Part shown: one piece after another, positions 26,203-34,580 of the stretch
Layout: each line of letters begins with the position of its first letter
Position numbering within the stretch: the stretch's first letter is position 1
Source: Nitrospinota bacterium
GTDB lineage: Bacteria; Nitrospinota; Nitrospinia; Nitrospinales; JACRGP01
NCBI GenBank assembly: GCA_016207065.1
Contig: JACQQK010000178.1
Span: 5,740 to 69,739, forward strand
Length of the DNA: 64,000 nucleotides
Direction of reading: 5' to 3'
Made by a program: the position numbers and the translations under genes
Notes under the pieces: model-generated
The model's database searches: none
What the model was told of the DNA's origin: nothing
Seen by the model: only the letters and a program-made list of their open reading frames with translations

Positions 26203-28826
26203 GTACCGTTGCCAAGAAAACCGTTAAACTGAAATTGAACGGACGGGAAGTCTCCGCCCCGGAAGGGACGGTGATCCTGGACGTCGCCAAGCGCAATGGC
26301 GTCCCGATAACCAACCTGTGCTCGCACAGGAACCTGAAACCGTTCGCCGCGTGCCGGACCTGCATGGTGGAAGTGCGGACCAACGGGCACAAGGAACTGG
26401 TCTATTCCTGCACCCATCCCGCGGAGGATGGGATGGAGGTGTTCATCGACACCGAGGAGACCCGCCGGTACAACAAAGCTTGTCTGGAAATGCTGTTGGT
26501 CGAGCACCCGCTCGACTGTCCCATCTGCGACAAATCCGGGGTGTGTCCGCTCCAGGACACCACCGACGCCATGCAACTGTACAACAACCGGTTCGAAATC
26601 CGGCGGCGCAACGAGCCGAGCGTCAAGACCAACCCGTTCATCGAGTTTTACCTCAACCGGTGCATCACGTGCGGCATGTGCGTGCGCGTGTGCGACGAGG
26701 TCCAGGGCGTCCAGGCGCTGGACTTCCACAAGCGCGGGCTGAAGGTGTCCATCGGCACGGCCAACGAGGAGCCGCTGGACTGCGAATTCTGCGGACAGTG
26801 CATCACCGTTTGTCCCACAGGCGCCCTGATGGACCTCACTTCCGAAGCGCGCGGATTGGCCGCCTTGTTCACCGAGACCCTCACCACCTGCAATTTCTGC
26901 TCGTGGGGATGCTCCATCAAGCTGGAATCCAAGAAAGGCCATATCAAACGCATCGAGGCGGAGGACCGCGAGACGGCCGGCATCAACAACGGCAACCTGT
27001 GCGCCAAGGGCCGGTTCGGCCACGGGATGATCCACAACCCGGACAGGTTGAAAACCCCGTTGATGAACGTCGGCGGGACATTCAAGGAAGTCACGTGGGA
27101 CGAGGCCTTGAACACGATCGCCGAACGCATCCAGACGACGGTCAACCGGAGCGGACCGGAAACCGTCGCCGGACTCGGTTCGGAAAAACTGACGAACGAG
27201 GAGAACTATCTCTTCCAAAAACTGTTCCGGACGATGGGATCCAACCAGGTCACGAACCTGCAAAACCTGCGCGCCCCTTACGTCAACCGGTTCATGCTGA
27301 GTTGTTTCGAGAACGGGATCGTCTCCAAGCCGATCGCCCAGTTGGAGCAAGCCGACGTCGTCCTGATATTCAACTCCGACCTGCCGTCGGAATTCCCGGT
27401 GGCGGGAAACGCCGTCCGCAAGGCCGCGGTCCACGCGGGCGCGGACATCATCATCGCCAACCCGCGGGACGTCGTCTTCCATAACGAATCGCGGACGGAC
27501 ATCCGGCTGAACTTCGGCTACGGGTCGGACCTCGCCGTCGTCAACCGCATCTGCAAAATCCTGATCGAGCGCAAATTGATAAACGAAGCCAAGGTCAAGT
27601 CCTCCGTCCCCAACTACGACGAGATGGCGCGGTCTTTGGACAAATACACGGCGGATTTCGCGGAAAAAACAACCGGGACCAAGGACGAAGTCCTGACGCG
27701 GGCGGCGGAACGATTTGCGCGGAAAGCGGACCGGTTCGTCATCGTCGGCAACGACGTGTTGGAAAACGAGCAGGGAGAGGACGTCCTCAACGCCTTGTTG
27801 AACCTGTGTACGCTGGCCCACTTCGGCGGCGAAGGGAGCGTCAGCGTTTATCCTCCGCGGGAACATTGCAATTCCCAGGGGGTCAACGACATGGGCGTGA
27901 CGCCGGAATTCCTGCCGGGCTATCGATGTTCCAAGTCCCCGGAGGCCTTGGCGGCCCTGGCCGGGGAGTGGGGATTGACCGCGCTCAAATTCGCCGACAA
28001 AAACCCGGCGGACCAGTTGTTCGAAAACTGCAAAAACGGGACCATCAAATTCCTGTATATCGCCGGCGAGGACCCGGTCCACTCCTATTACAAAGGGACC
28101 CTGGTCCAGGACGCGTTGCGCACCGTCCCCTTCCTGGTGGTCCAGGACATTTACATGACCGAGACCGCCAAAATGGCGGACCTCATACTGCCGACGGCGA
28201 CCTACGCCGAGAAAGACGGGTCGTTCACCAACATGAGCAGGCACGTGCAACGCGTAACCCACGCCATATTGCCGGAAGGCAGTTCCAAGCCCGACTTCGA
28301 CATCTTCATCGAACTGGCCGAGGCGTTGAAAAAACCGTTCGCCAATACGTCAACCGAGGACGTCCAGCGGGAAATCGAACGGGTCGCGCCGATCTACAAG
28401 GGGCTCCTGCCGGGGGACGAGTCCATGCAGTGGGTTCCCCAGGGCATGCCCGTCAAACCCAAGTTCGCCGTTTCCAGGGAGTACAAGAACCCGTCGCCGA
28501 AACCGGGTTATCCATTCAGGCTCCTGGCGAACAACCACATGTTCCACATTGGCACGTACACGCAGTACGCGAAAGCGCTGGTCACGGCCGCGCCCGATTG
28601 CCACGCGTCGATCAACCCCGAGGACGCGGGCAAACTGGACCTGCAAACCGGCGACAGGATCGTGGTGGAGTCGCCGTCGTACAAAATAGAAGCGCCCGTC
28701 GAGGTGAGTCCGGCGACCGCCAGAGGGATGGTCTATATTCCCAAGAACTGGCCGGAAATACCCGTCAATCTGTTAAGGAACGGAGAGGAAGGGCCGGTTT
28801 CCGTCAAAATTTTCAAGGCAGGCTGA
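26199..28826 (+). CDS. nuoG: NADH-quinone oxidoreductase subunit G-like (2Fe-2S, 4Fe-4S clusters and a molybdopterin-oxidoreductase fold)
   Basis: ATG 26199 overlaps the nuoE stop (ATGA). Carries 'CRTCMVEV', 'HPLDCPICDKSGVCPLQD', 'CITCGMCVRVCDE' and 'CEFCGQCITVCPTGAL', followed by a molybdopterin-type domain. Confidence 0.8.
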   Translation: MSTVAKKTVKLKLNGREVSAPEGTVILDVAKRNGVPITNLCSHRNLKPFAACRTCMVEVRTNGHKELVYSCTHPAEDGMEVFIDTEETRRYNKACLEMLLVEHPLDCPICDKSGVCPLQDTTDAMQLYNNRFEIRRRNEPSVKTNPFIEFYLNRCITCGMCVRVCDEVQGVQALDFHKRGLKVSIGTANEEPLDCEFCGQCITVCPTGALMDLTSEARGLAALFTETLTTCNFCSWGCSIKLESKKGHIKRIEAEDRETAGINNGNLCAKGRFGHGMIHNPDRLKTPLMNVGGTFKEVTWDEALNTIAERIQTTVNRSGPETVAGLGSEKLTNEENYLFQKLFRTMGSNQVTNLQNLRAPYVNRFMLSCFENGIVSKPIAQLEQADVVLIFNSDLPSEFPVAGNAVRKAAVHAGADIIIANPRDVVFHNESRTDIRLNFGYGSDLAVVNRICKILIERKLINEAKVKSSVPNYDEMARSLDKYTADFAEKTTGTKDEVLTRAAERFARKADRFVIVGNDVLENEQGEDVLNALLNLCTLAHFGGEGSVSVYPPREHCNSQGVNDMGVTPEFLPGYRCSKSPEALAALAGEWGLTALKFADKNPADQLFENCKNGTIKFLYIAGEDPVHSYYKGTLVQDALRTVPFLVVQDIYMTETAKMADLILPTATYAEKDGSFTNMSRHVQRVTHAILPEGSSKPDFDIFIELAEALKKPFANTSTEDVQREIERVAPIYKGLLPGDESMQWVPQGMPVKPKFAVSREYKNPSPKPGYPFRLLANNHMFHIGTYTQYAKALVTAAPDCHASINPEDAGKLDLQTGDRIVVESPSYKIEAPVEVSPATARGMVYIPKNWPEIPVNLLRNGEEGPVSVKIFKAG

Positions 28827-28866
28827 ACCGCCCAACAAATAACCCCAGCTTGAGTCATCGACTGAC

Positions 28867-30057
28867 ATGGCCGACTTAAAAGAGAACCTGCATACCGAAC
28901 ACATGGTCCTGAACATGGGCCCGTCCCACCCCGCCACCCACGGCACGGTGAAGTTCCTTCTCACCCTCGACGGGGAAACCGTGGTGGACTGCGTCACCGA
29001 GGTGGGCTACCTCCACCGAGGCTTCGAAAAGATGTGCGAGAGCGTCACCTGGACCAACGTCTTCCCCTACACGGACCGGTTGAACTACTGTTCGGCGATC
29101 ATGAACAACATCGGCTACGCCCTGGCGGTCGAAAAACTGCTGGGCATCGAATGCACCGAGCGCTGTAAATACATCCGCGTCGTCACCAACGAGCTGGCCC
29201 GCATTTCCGACCACTACACGAACGTCGCCGCCGCCGCCCTAGAACTGGGGGCGCTGACCGCGTTCATCTATTTCGTGGAAGCCCGCGAAATCGTCTGGGA
29301 CCTGCTCGAGAAAGTCTGCGGGGCGCGGTTGACCTCCAACTACGTCCGGATCGGCGGGTTGATGTGCGACCTGCCGCCGGGCTTCGACGGCGACCTGAAA
29401 GCCGTCTATCCCAAGCTGGACGCGCTATATGACGACGTGGACAAGCTCCTCACCAAGAACCGCATTTTCATCGACCGCATGCGGAACACCGGGGCCATTT
29501 CCCGCGAGGACGCGATTTCCTACGGCTTTACCGGCCCCTGCCTGCGGGCGTGCGGCGTGGATTACGACGTACGCAAGGCCCATCCGTACCTGTGTTACGA
29601 CCGCATGGACTTCGACATCCCCATCGGGACCACCGGCGACAACTTCGACCGTTACCTCGTCCGCATGGAGGAAATCAAGCAAAGCATGAAGATCGTCAAG
29701 CAAGCCATGAGGGACATGCCCGAGGGCCCGATCAACGTCAACAACCCCTACCTGCGCCAACCCTCCAAACAGGACGTGTACACCCGGATGGAGGAAATGA
29801 TCGCCCATTTCAAAATGGTGATCGAGGGATTGAAGCCCCCGATCGGCGAGGTTTACTTCCCCGTGGAAGCCGCGAACGGCGAACTGGGATTTTACCTGGT
29901 GAGCGACGGCGGCGGGAAACCCTACAAGTGCCGGGTGCGGCCGCCCTGCTTCACCATGACCTCCGCCATGAGCCACATCATCAAGGGCCAGATGCTGGCC
30001 GACCTCATCCCCACCTTCGACATGCTCAACATGATCGGCGGGGAGTGCGACCGGTAA
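28867..30057 (+). CDS. nuoD: NADH-quinone oxidoreductase subunit D (49-kDa)
   Basis: 'MVLNMGPSHPATHGTVKF...VGYLHRGFEKMCE...' ending in 'GGECDR'. Confidence 0.9.
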   Translation: MADLKENLHTEHMVLNMGPSHPATHGTVKFLLTLDGETVVDCVTEVGYLHRGFEKMCESVTWTNVFPYTDRLNYCSAIMNNIGYALAVEKLLGIECTERCKYIRVVTNELARISDHYTNVAAAALELGALTAFIYFVEAREIVWDLLEKVCGARLTSNYVRIGGLMCDLPPGFDGDLKAVYPKLDALYDDVDKLLTKNRIFIDRMRNTGAISREDAISYGFTGPCLRACGVDYDVRKAHPYLCYDRMDFDIPIGTTGDNFDRYLVRMEEIKQSMKIVKQAMRDMPEGPINVNNPYLRQPSKQDVYTRMEEMIAHFKMVIEGLKPPIGEVYFPVEAANGELGFYLVSDGGGKPYKCRVRPPCFTMTSAMSHIIKGQMLADLIPTFDMLNMIGGECDR

Positions 30058-30253
30058 ACTAATCCCGCTCCGGGAAAACTCTCCCGGACCGCCCAACCAT
30101 CTCGCGCCAAGCTCACGTATCCGCCAATTTCAAGAGAGGATCAAACGTTTGAATCATCGACCGGGAAAATTCCTTGGCCTCAAACACAAGATGAGTTATT
30201 CTTAAAAAAACTTGCCTGGCGTAAGGACTTGCGGGTTGATTCATCGTATTCTT

Positions 30254-30634
30254 ATGAATCTGAAAACAAATTTCTCGTTATCCATTTTGTCCGTCATTTT
30301 CGTCGGATTGTCCGCCATTGAAGCCTTGGCGACGGAAACCGTTGTAATCGTAAACTCCACCTTCTCGCCGGAGTATATCGAAATAGATTCCTGCAACAGC
30401 ATCGATTTTATCAACCTGGATCCTGTAGATCACAGGTTGATCTATCCTACGGAAAAAAACCCCAGGCAAACCGTCTACCTCTTGGGATGGGGAATGATAG
30501 GAATGCCAAACCCGCATGTTGAAAACCTGATATTTGATCCCGGCACTTATGTTTTCAAATGCCTCCCGCATCCTTGGATGAATTCGGTTAAAGTCCATGT
30601 CGTCGAGAGCATGGGAAACTGTCCTACCCCCTGA
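30254..30634 (+). CDS. Secreted cupredoxin, amicyanin-like type-1 copper site
   Basis: A signal-like N-terminus, His in 'DPVDH', and 'CLPHPWM' (C-x-P-H-P-x-M as in amicyanin 'CTPHPFM'). A/T-rich gene. Confidence 0.6.
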   Translation: MNLKTNFSLSILSVIFVGLSAIEALATETVVIVNSTFSPEYIEIDSCNSIDFINLDPVDHRLIYPTEKNPRQTVYLLGWGMIGMPNPHVENLIFDPGTYVFKCLPHPWMNSVKVHVVESMGNCPTP

Positions 30635-30749
30635 CCGCCGCTCGTTTCCCTGCGTTTGTGTTTTTCGCGACTTGTTTTTTTGCCCGCCGAGAGTTCTGGC
30701 CCCGATATTGCGCGAGTCGAAAATCGTAGCATTTCAAATGGGTCATCCT

Positions 30750-30826
30750 TCGACAGGCCCCGGATGACAAGGGCTATCATTGTCATGGTGAGCTTGTCGA
30801 ACCATGATCGCGCTCTCATTGAGAGC
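30750..30826. repeat. Intergenic palindromic repeat element (junk-ORF string 'SWFDKLTMT' type)
   Basis: atgacaa (30764-30770) paired with ttgtcat (30780-30786), tcgacag/cttgtcga arms, and ctctc-att-gagag (30813-30825). Confidence 0.45.
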
Positions 30827-30872
30827 CCGATCGATCAAACGCCACCTATTTAGCGCTCCCGGTAATAATTCG

Positions 30873-31934
30873 TCAAAAGGCAACGATTATCGCAACATGA
30901 TAAATACCCAGAGTAATAAAAAGCGCCGAAATGGTCATATGTAACGAGAGCCATTGCCTTAAGATACATTGTAAAGCGCAGTGAACGTCGATCTGCTGTT
31001 TTTCAAGATACATTTCCCGTATTCGGGCCAAAACCAGCTTCTCCCGTTCGCTTAAAAACATCTCCACCTTTTCAAATTCATGCAACTTCTCGATCACGCC
31101 CGCCGATGCGCTGAAAAAATAGGTCAACTGCGGAATCGGGCCTTGAAAAAACGGAAAAACCTCTTGATCGCAGAAGTAGGACAAAGCCTTGGAAACTTCA
31201 TGCTTCCGCCCCAACTCGTCCAATGCCGCGCGGATCTTGTCGCGCAACCGCTCGACAACTCCCGGTATTTTTTCATAAACGACCTCAAACTCCAGATCGG
31301 CAAGTTTGATTGGGACTATCTTTTGCAAATAAAGTCCCACCACGCCAAGCACGATAAAAGCAAAAAACACGTAAAACAATATGTTGGAAAAGAAGCCGAC
31401 GGGAAACTGAAAATTGACATGGAACAGCAGAACAAAGAAGCAAGCGAACCCGGAATAAATGTGAAAGATCCTCCAGCTTTTCGCGCTTCGAAGCGCGACA
31501 AAGGGCGACAGATTTTTCTTGATCCTGAAACAAAGCCCCAAAAAGGTTAAAAGTAAAATCAATATGCCCGAGACCAGTTTTTCCGTTTCAAAGGAATATC
31601 TTCTATTGATAATCAGATAAATGGAAAATCCCAGCATGAACAAGGCAAATAAAACCATGCCATAATAATGGCCGGGCCGGGCCGGGCCCAAACTGGAATG
31701 GGCCAGCAAGATCAAAAATAAAGCGCAGATGGAAATAAAGTGTCCTTTGCCGACCATCACGATTTCGGACTGATCCAGTAAAATCATGGAAAGTAATCCC
31801 GCCAAAAAACAAAATATCCAACGCCCGGCTTTTCCAGGATCCTGGAAAAAAGAAGAACCGGAGGCAACAAGGCCCGTTACCCAGGAATCGGTCCCATTGA
31901 AGGCTTTTCGGCCAGATAAACCAGTTGCGTTCAT
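30873..31934 (-). CDS. Polytopic membrane protein with two His-x13-His helices (putative di-haem b, ferric-reductase/NOX-TM-like)
   Basis: About 7 hydrophobic segments. 'RIFHIYSGFACFFVLLFHV' and 'LHMTISALFITLGIYHV' each place two His 14 positions apart. A soluble insert of about 130 aa precedes the last helix. Confidence 0.55.
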   Translation of the reverse strand: MNATGLSGRKAFNGTDSWVTGLVASGSSFFQDPGKAGRWIFCFLAGLLSMILLDQSEIVMVGKGHFISICALFLILLAHSSLGPARPGHYYGMVLFALFMLGFSIYLIINRRYSFETEKLVSGILILLLTFLGLCFRIKKNLSPFVALRSAKSWRIFHIYSGFACFFVLLFHVNFQFPVGFFSNILFYVFFAFIVLGVVGLYLQKIVPIKLADLEFEVVYEKIPGVVERLRDKIRAALDELGRKHEVSKALSYFCDQEVFPFFQGPIPQLTYFFSASAGVIEKLHEFEKVEMFLSEREKLVLARIREMYLEKQQIDVHCALQCILRQWLSLHMTISALFITLGIYHVAIIVAF

Positions 31935-31978
31935 GACAGGGAGCTCCCGAAGTTCCGTTATTCAGATACGAAATCGCG

Positions 31979-34576
31979 TCACGGCGCTTGCGATTTGAAT
32001 ATTTCCTCGAAATCAAGCCTTCGCATCGCGTCATACGGGCAGGCGCGAACACAAGCCGGATCGCCGGTTTCCGCGCACAGGTCGCACTTCATGGACTTGA
32101 GAAGGGGTTTGCCATTCAGCGGATTTCTTTTATACCGGACAACTCCGTCCTTCTCGACGCTTTCCGCGACCGGCAAGGGCAGGATATTGTCGTAAATACA
32201 ATTTTTCACGCACAAGGCACAACCCACGCAGGTGTCCAGATTAATCATCACTTCGCCCTCGGCCACGCCCCGATGCAGGGCGCCACTGGGACAACCGTCC
32301 ATGCACAGCGGGTCCAAGCAATGCATGCAGGAATGGGGAAACATCATCTTGCCCACCTTCGGCCCTTCCCGGACAAACCGCGGATATCCATCATGGCTGT
32401 CGGCACAAGCGCGCACGCAGTCGTCGCACCGTGTACATCGGTCCAGATCGATGACCATGATGCTTTGGCCGTTGAGCAGATGATTATCGATTCCAAAACC
32501 CAGGAAGGAAAGTTTTGCCAGCCGGGTTTCAAGGTTGGCAAATATTTCCTCCCGGCAAGCGGCAGTCTGCTCCATTTTCCGCTTGAACGGGACAATCTCC
32601 ATCAGCCTCGAAAAATGTTCCTTGTACAAGCCGATGAGATGCACATTATTCACGGCGGTAAAGGTTGAAACGGTTTCCCGGTCCCGGGAGAGGGACAACT
32701 CCCCGAAAAAATCCCCCTTCTTCAAGTAATGAAAATTCAAGCCCTGCCCCTCTATTTCCTTGGAAATCCGGACGAACCCGGACAGTATCACATAGCATAC
32801 GTTGCCGCCCTCGCCCTGCCTGACAATAACCTCGTTTGGCTTATAAGAGTAAAAATCCGATTTCTGAATCGTTTCCGCGAGCAAACTTTCATCGCACCCG
32901 GAAAACAACTCGGAATTCCTCAGGAACTGCTTCAGGATCCGTTCGCGATACAGTTTTTCGATCGTCGATTTGAACTCCGCGCTACGTTTCGATAGAGCCC
33001 GTAAAGCCTGAACTCGCAGTTCCAGGAATATTCCGGGTCTTGGATAGTCCGGGTCTGAAACTACCGTGGCCGTCCGTTGGGACCGAAACAAGGCGGCGAT
33101 TTCGCCAAACATTCCTCCTTTGTCCAACAAAACCGTGTCTTCGCGGGCGAGCGGTTTCCCATCCTGTCCCAGCGCATCCCCTACCAGGTAAAACGGCCGC
33201 AAGGTTTTACCCTCGTTATCGTACAAAACTCCTTCACCGCTGAGATAGGTCGGGTCAACCTTGACGTCCCTGCTCAAAATAAATTCATGCCCGCTGGGGT
33301 TTTTGCCGACCAGCCGTTTCAGCCGCTCCCAGACCGAACCTTTTTTTTGCGAAGCTCTACCCAGTTGTCCGGGGTCCAAAGACCTCAAAAAGACCTTCGC
33401 CCTCCCCTCGCAAACATAAAAAGCCGAGTTGCCGTACTCGCCTTCGCGCATGATCACTTCGCCCGGCATAAACCTCCGCCACATAACGTGCGGCTGTATG
33501 CCCTCCAAGGCGGAGTCGCTCAAGCCCTTGAAAAGATCGACCAATTTCATCTGCTCGATCGTCAAAAAATTCGCCGGCAACTCCTGTTTTGGAGGAGCAA
33601 AGTTTTCCACATGACAATCCGTCGAGGGCAAGCCATGCTTTCTCGCGCAGGCAACCGCCATTTCCATCAAAGGATCCGGCCCGCAGGTATAAAGGGACGT
33701 TTCCCCCTCCATGGTTTCGAGGGTTTTCAAGATTGTCTTGTCGTCGATTCTCCCTACGGCGCCTCCCCACCCGCGCACGGGCTGGCTGAGAAAAACCAGC
33801 ATGGAGAAATTTGGAAATTCCGCCTGCATCTCCAAAAGTTCGCCGTAAAAAATAATATCCCCCTCGGTCCTGCTTCCATACAATAAAACGATCCGCCGCC
33901 GGGAGTTCAAGTCGAGGAGCGAACGGACCATGCTCATCAACGGCGTAATTCCGGAGCCCGATGCGACTAAAAGCAGATTGTTTTCTTTTTTCAGGTCAAG
34001 CTTGAATTTGCCTTGCGGCTTGTTCAGACGAATCACGTCGCCTACCCTGACCGTGTCGTTGAAATAATTGCTGACCAGCCCTCTCGCCTGCCGTTTGACG
34101 GTGATTTCAATATAATCCCGGTTCATGCAAGAGGAGGAGATCGAATAGCATCGATGGTGTTTTTTGCCGTCGATAAGGGGGGCAACGGTTATAAACTGGC
34201 CGGGCTGAAATTCGGCGAAACTTTTTTCAACCAAAACCAGGCGAAACGTTTTGGTGTCCAGGGTTTGCGCTATTACGTCAACCACATGAGCGTCGGTTTC
34301 ATCGGCGGCCACGGACAACTCGCAGACCAAATCGCTTTGCGGGAAAGACACGCACGACAAAATAGTTTCCCCGGCCGCTTCGCCTCCCGGCGCGACCGTT
34401 TGATCCGTAGCCTTGACATTTCCCAAGACTATTTTGACCTTGCAGGTTCCACACTCGCCCTTTCGACAACTGGACGGAATGCTCACCCCGGCCTTTTCGG
34501 CGGCATCCAGAACGGTTTCGCCGTCCAAAACCTCGACGCTTTTTTGAATGTCTTGAAATAAAATTTTATGCGCCAT
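31979..34576 (-). CDS. Fusion protein: plant-type 2Fe-2S ferredoxin + FNR-like FAD/NAD(P)-binding + 2x cyclic-nucleotide-binding + DmsB/NrfC-like 4x[4Fe-4S]
   Basis: 'CRKGECGTCKV...SCVS'; 'RCYSISS' and 'LLVASGSGITPL'; 'FGEIAALFRSQRTATV' and 'FGELSLSRDRETVSTFTA'; 'CTRCDDCVRAC', 'CMHCLDPLCMDGCP', 'CVGCALCVKNC' and 'CDLCAETGDPACVRACP'. Confidence 0.8.
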   Translation of the reverse strand: MAHKILFQDIQKSVEVLDGETVLDAAEKAGVSIPSSCRKGECGTCKVKIVLGNVKATDQTVAPGGEAAGETILSCVSFPQSDLVCELSVAADETDAHVVDVIAQTLDTKTFRLVLVEKSFAEFQPGQFITVAPLIDGKKHHRCYSISSSCMNRDYIEITVKRQARGLVSNYFNDTVRVGDVIRLNKPQGKFKLDLKKENNLLLVASGSGITPLMSMVRSLLDLNSRRRIVLLYGSRTEGDIIFYGELLEMQAEFPNFSMLVFLSQPVRGWGGAVGRIDDKTILKTLETMEGETSLYTCGPDPLMEMAVACARKHGLPSTDCHVENFAPPKQELPANFLTIEQMKLVDLFKGLSDSALEGIQPHVMWRRFMPGEVIMREGEYGNSAFYVCEGRAKVFLRSLDPGQLGRASQKKGSVWERLKRLVGKNPSGHEFILSRDVKVDPTYLSGEGVLYDNEGKTLRPFYLVGDALGQDGKPLAREDTVLLDKGGMFGEIAALFRSQRTATVVSDPDYPRPGIFLELRVQALRALSKRSAEFKSTIEKLYRERILKQFLRNSELFSGCDESLLAETIQKSDFYSYKPNEVIVRQGEGGNVCYVILSGFVRISKEIEGQGLNFHYLKKGDFFGELSLSRDRETVSTFTAVNNVHLIGLYKEHFSRLMEIVPFKRKMEQTAACREEIFANLETRLAKLSFLGFGIDNHLLNGQSIMVIDLDRCTRCDDCVRACADSHDGYPRFVREGPKVGKMMFPHSCMHCLDPLCMDGCPSGALHRGVAEGEVMINLDTCVGCALCVKNCIYDNILPLPVAESVEKDGVVRYKRNPLNGKPLLKSMKCDLCAETGDPACVRACPYDAMRRLDFEEIFKSQAP

Positions 34577-34580
34577 TTTC

